Shown here: piece by piece, positions 60,787-64,000 of the stretch | Position numbering within the stretch: position 1 is the stretch's first letter | Layout: the number at the start of each line of letters is the position of its first letter | Origin: Octopus bimaculoides | Lineage: Eukaryota | Length of the DNA: 64,000 nucleotides | Direction: 5' to 3' | NCBI RefSeq assembly: GCF_001194135.2 | Contig: NC_068984.1 | Location: 114,644,384-114,708,383, forward strand | Made by a program: the position numbers and the translations under genes | The notes under the pieces: generated by a model | Seen by the model: only the letters and a program-made list of their open reading frames with translations | Database searches by the model: none | Told to the model about the DNA's origin: nothing

Positions 60787-62239
60787 GTAAGCTTAAATCA
60801 AAAATTGTTTGTATTATGTAAGCATAAATATTTATCATGTGTAAGACATCTGACAGTAGAACAACGTAAATATAAACCATTGTTTCTGAAAGACTAACTT
60901 TAGGTGCTGTTTTTTTTTTTTGCTTGCATACTAATCCCAGTAAGTGTTAATACATCCAGTAGATGTTGTGACAAAGATAGCGATTTGAAATCAATTTCCA
61001 TAATTATTGATTTCAAATTTTGGGACTATGCCAGCAACTTCCAGTCAGATAGATAGACTCCAGTGTTCAACTGGTACTTATTTTACTTTATTCCAAAAGA
61101 ATAAAGGGCAAAGTCAACCTTGGTGGAATTTGAACTCAGAATGTAAAGATGGACAAAATGCTGCTCAGCATTTTGCCTGGTGTGCTAACAATTCTGCCAA
61201 GCTTGCCACCTTAATTCCCATAATAGTTGAAAATTTAATCTAGAGAGTAGACCTAATAGAAATAAATTAGACATCTCAGTATCTTTGTTTCACCTCATAT
61301 CTAACATTCTCAACACCCTCATGTCTTCCATTGACATCCTCCCTCCCCTTCCCCCACTCACTATAACTACTACTACATACCTCTGACTGTGAACTCTCCT
61401 CTCCCACTTTGCCTCCCCACACATCTCCATTTTCCAATCTATCTACAGGTTTATTATGCTACTGGTTACTTTCTATCCTGTGCCACTGCTTATAACCTTT
61501 TCCTTTTTTGAGGTATTTCTTAGACCTTCCTACCCCATACTGATATTTACCATTGACCACACCCCCACCCTTATGACATTAACTACATTCCGCTCTCTAG
61601 CCATCTGTCACTTCTCTTATGAGCTTATCTACCCACCCATCTCAATCCTCAGATCATATTCTCTCTTATATCCATCTTGTACTATCAGATTATACTCTGA
61701 CACCTTGTCACCAACATCTTTGTCATCTTTTTGGCTACTCTTACCCATTCTTGCTTCTTTCTTGGCAATCTCACTTGTGCTGATGTCATGATAAAAAGCA
61801 CCCAATACCTTTTGTAAAGTGGTTGGTGTTAGGAAGGGAATCCACCTATAGGAGCTATCAAAATAGACATTAGAGCGTGTAGTCCTCCAGTTCATTGGAT
61901 TCTGCCAAACTGTCCAGCTTGGAAGACAGATGTTAATTGATGATAGTATACATATGTGTTTTCCAGTGATTTCAGTTTACATTATTATCTGGTTTCACAA
62001 CTGATCATGTTTGGTAAATTTACACTATCCTTCTTTTCTAACCATTTTCGGTGTTACCTTTTAAATAATCCCCACTCCCATTGCCTTTTAAGGGACATTC
62101 TTACATCTCTCTCGATCAGTTTCTAAGTTTCTACTGGTTTACAAACTTAAATAGTATTGATTAAATTGTCCTAATACTCATGTTAATTCTGTTAACTGTC
62201 CTTAATAATTGATATTAATGATTTTCATTTTTATTGTAG

Positions 62240-62362
62240 GCTCTGTCTATGCTGTTGAATGCAACACCATTTCCATTTGTAATTGACCTAGCATGTCTTG
62301 CTTCTCGTCGGGAATATCTAAAGCTTGATAAATGGCTCTCGGACAAAATAAGAGAACATAGA
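62240..62362 (+). CDS. CNOT1: CNOT1 coding exon 15 (gene continues beyond the window)
   Basis: [41 protein letters not shown]; GTTAGT donor; no further CNOT1 exon seen before 64000. Confidence 0.97.
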
Positions 62363-63716
62363 GTTAGTATAAAATTTCCAGCATTTAAAAATATTGTTAA
62401 TAAAAACTATAAAAATAGATGTGAATCCAATTTTTTTAATGTATTATGTACAGATGCAAGCATTGCTTCTTGGTTAAGTTTGCTTTGGAGCCATGTACTG
62501 CTGTTTGATAGCACTGTGTGGTACTTTGGGACTACCTATGTCTTGAGTGAAATTTCGTTGATGGAAACTGCTTGGAGCTCTGTTTTGTGTGTGTGTGTGT
62601 GTGTGTATAAAAGCACATTACTCGATGGTTAGAGCATCAGGCTCACAATCATGAGGTAGTGGGTTCGATTCTCAGTCTGGGCTCTGTGTTGTGTTCTTGA
62701 GCAAGACCCTTTATTTCACATTGCTCCAGTTCACTCAGCTGCTGTGATGTCACTGGTGCTAAGCTGTATTTGCCTTTGCCTTTCCCTTGGATAACATTGG
62801 TGGCATGGAGCTAGGAGGCTGGTATGTATGGGTGACTGCTAGCCTTCTATAAACAACCTTGCCCAGACTTGTTCTTCAGAGGGGAACTTTCTGGGCACAT
62901 CCTATGGTCATTCATGACTAAAGGGAGTCTTTACCCTTATATAGATATATATATATATCAGTGGTGACTGTGGCACTCGGGCTGTTCGGTCTTAGCCCAA
63001 GTATAAATTTAGTAAAGTGAACATGTATTTGCAAACTGATTTAATTTCTACCAATACTGACTTCAAATATGTAATTGCAGCCAATAACTCTGGCTCCTTT
63101 TATTGAGCCTGGTTGCATTTAATTTATTTTTGTTCAGCATCTGGTGGTGTCTTAGAAGTACCCTGTGGCAAAAAAATATCATTCGTTAGCAGACATTCTC
63201 TCGACATCGTTCACCCATGCTTGATTCGGGCTCAGAAGTTAGCCTGAATTGTTATCTATAATCGTAAAAATTAAAAGTAATTCAAATCCAATGTTTTCTT
63301 GAAACAATAAATTTCTATAGAGATTAGTATTTAAATTCCAATCTATGAAAAGTTCCCATTCTACAATATTCTTACAGGAACAAAACTTTATCTAGCAACT
63401 CGGGCTTATATGAACACGCCTAGTAGGTGTAAAAGACTGTCATCTGTGCTCTTGATAAAAGATGCCAGTTAGATCACTGATATTTATTATGCACTCAGCT
63501 GTCATTATTTGATTGCTGTTATTCTGTGTATCTGTGTGCAAAGATCAGTTGTGTTTTGCAGGGTTGCTTTATTTTAACCTTTAACTTAGAAATGGAGAAA
63601 GACATAGTGCTAAATATAAAAAGTAAGCCATTTGGGACTAGAAATTTTGCGGAAAAACATAAAATTCTTCAAGCAGGCATGTCTTAAGCAAAATCTGTGA
63701 GCCTGAGTGACGCTGA

Positions 63717-63767
<51 letters not shown>

Positions 63768-64000
63768 ATAATAATATTAGGGACAAAATCCAAAATTACA
63801 GGTAAAAACTCAATTCAAATCAATTTATAAAAAATTAAAATTAAATTGAGCTTTATAGATTATAATATATAAAAATATATAGTTTTAGGGAAAAGAACCA
63901 AGTTTCAAGAACTCATCGATGAAAATCCACTATCACATATAGAAAAATTAATAATTAAAAGCACAATAAATGAGTATAATATAAAACAAAGTAAATATCA

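Overview
AT-rich, microsatellite- and SINE-dense eukaryotic draft sequence with seven N-gaps. The repeat families and intron style suggest a coleoid cephalopod, probably Octopus (inference). Two conserved genes diverge from a ~29 kb interval. On the minus strand is the first coding exon of a RanBP9/10 (RanBPM, SPRY-domain) gene at 12595-12790; its later exons were not found in the window. On the plus strand are the first 15 coding exons (596 aa, all GT-AG, phases consistent) of CNOT1, the CCR4-NOT scaffold, at 41608-62362. The rest is mostly tRNA-derived SINEs, RTE-clade LINE fragments, mariner and hAT remnants, and simple repeats. The most interesting unexplained signals are in the interval between the genes. 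(1) Three well-formed and one degenerate minimal type I hammerhead ribozyme motifs, all on the plus strand; one is embedded in a 56-bp inverted repeat and one heads a dispersed repeat. (2) A head-to-tail pair of ORF1-only (CCHC zinc-knuckle, no visible RT) L1/Tx1-like elements whose differences are mostly synonymous. (3) A 65-bp hAT MITE with a perfect 8-bp target-site duplication (TSD). (4) RTE-tail elements repeatedly inserted into (TA)n tracts. (5) Weak hints of an unannotated gene. All alignments and folds were done by eye, with no database searches.
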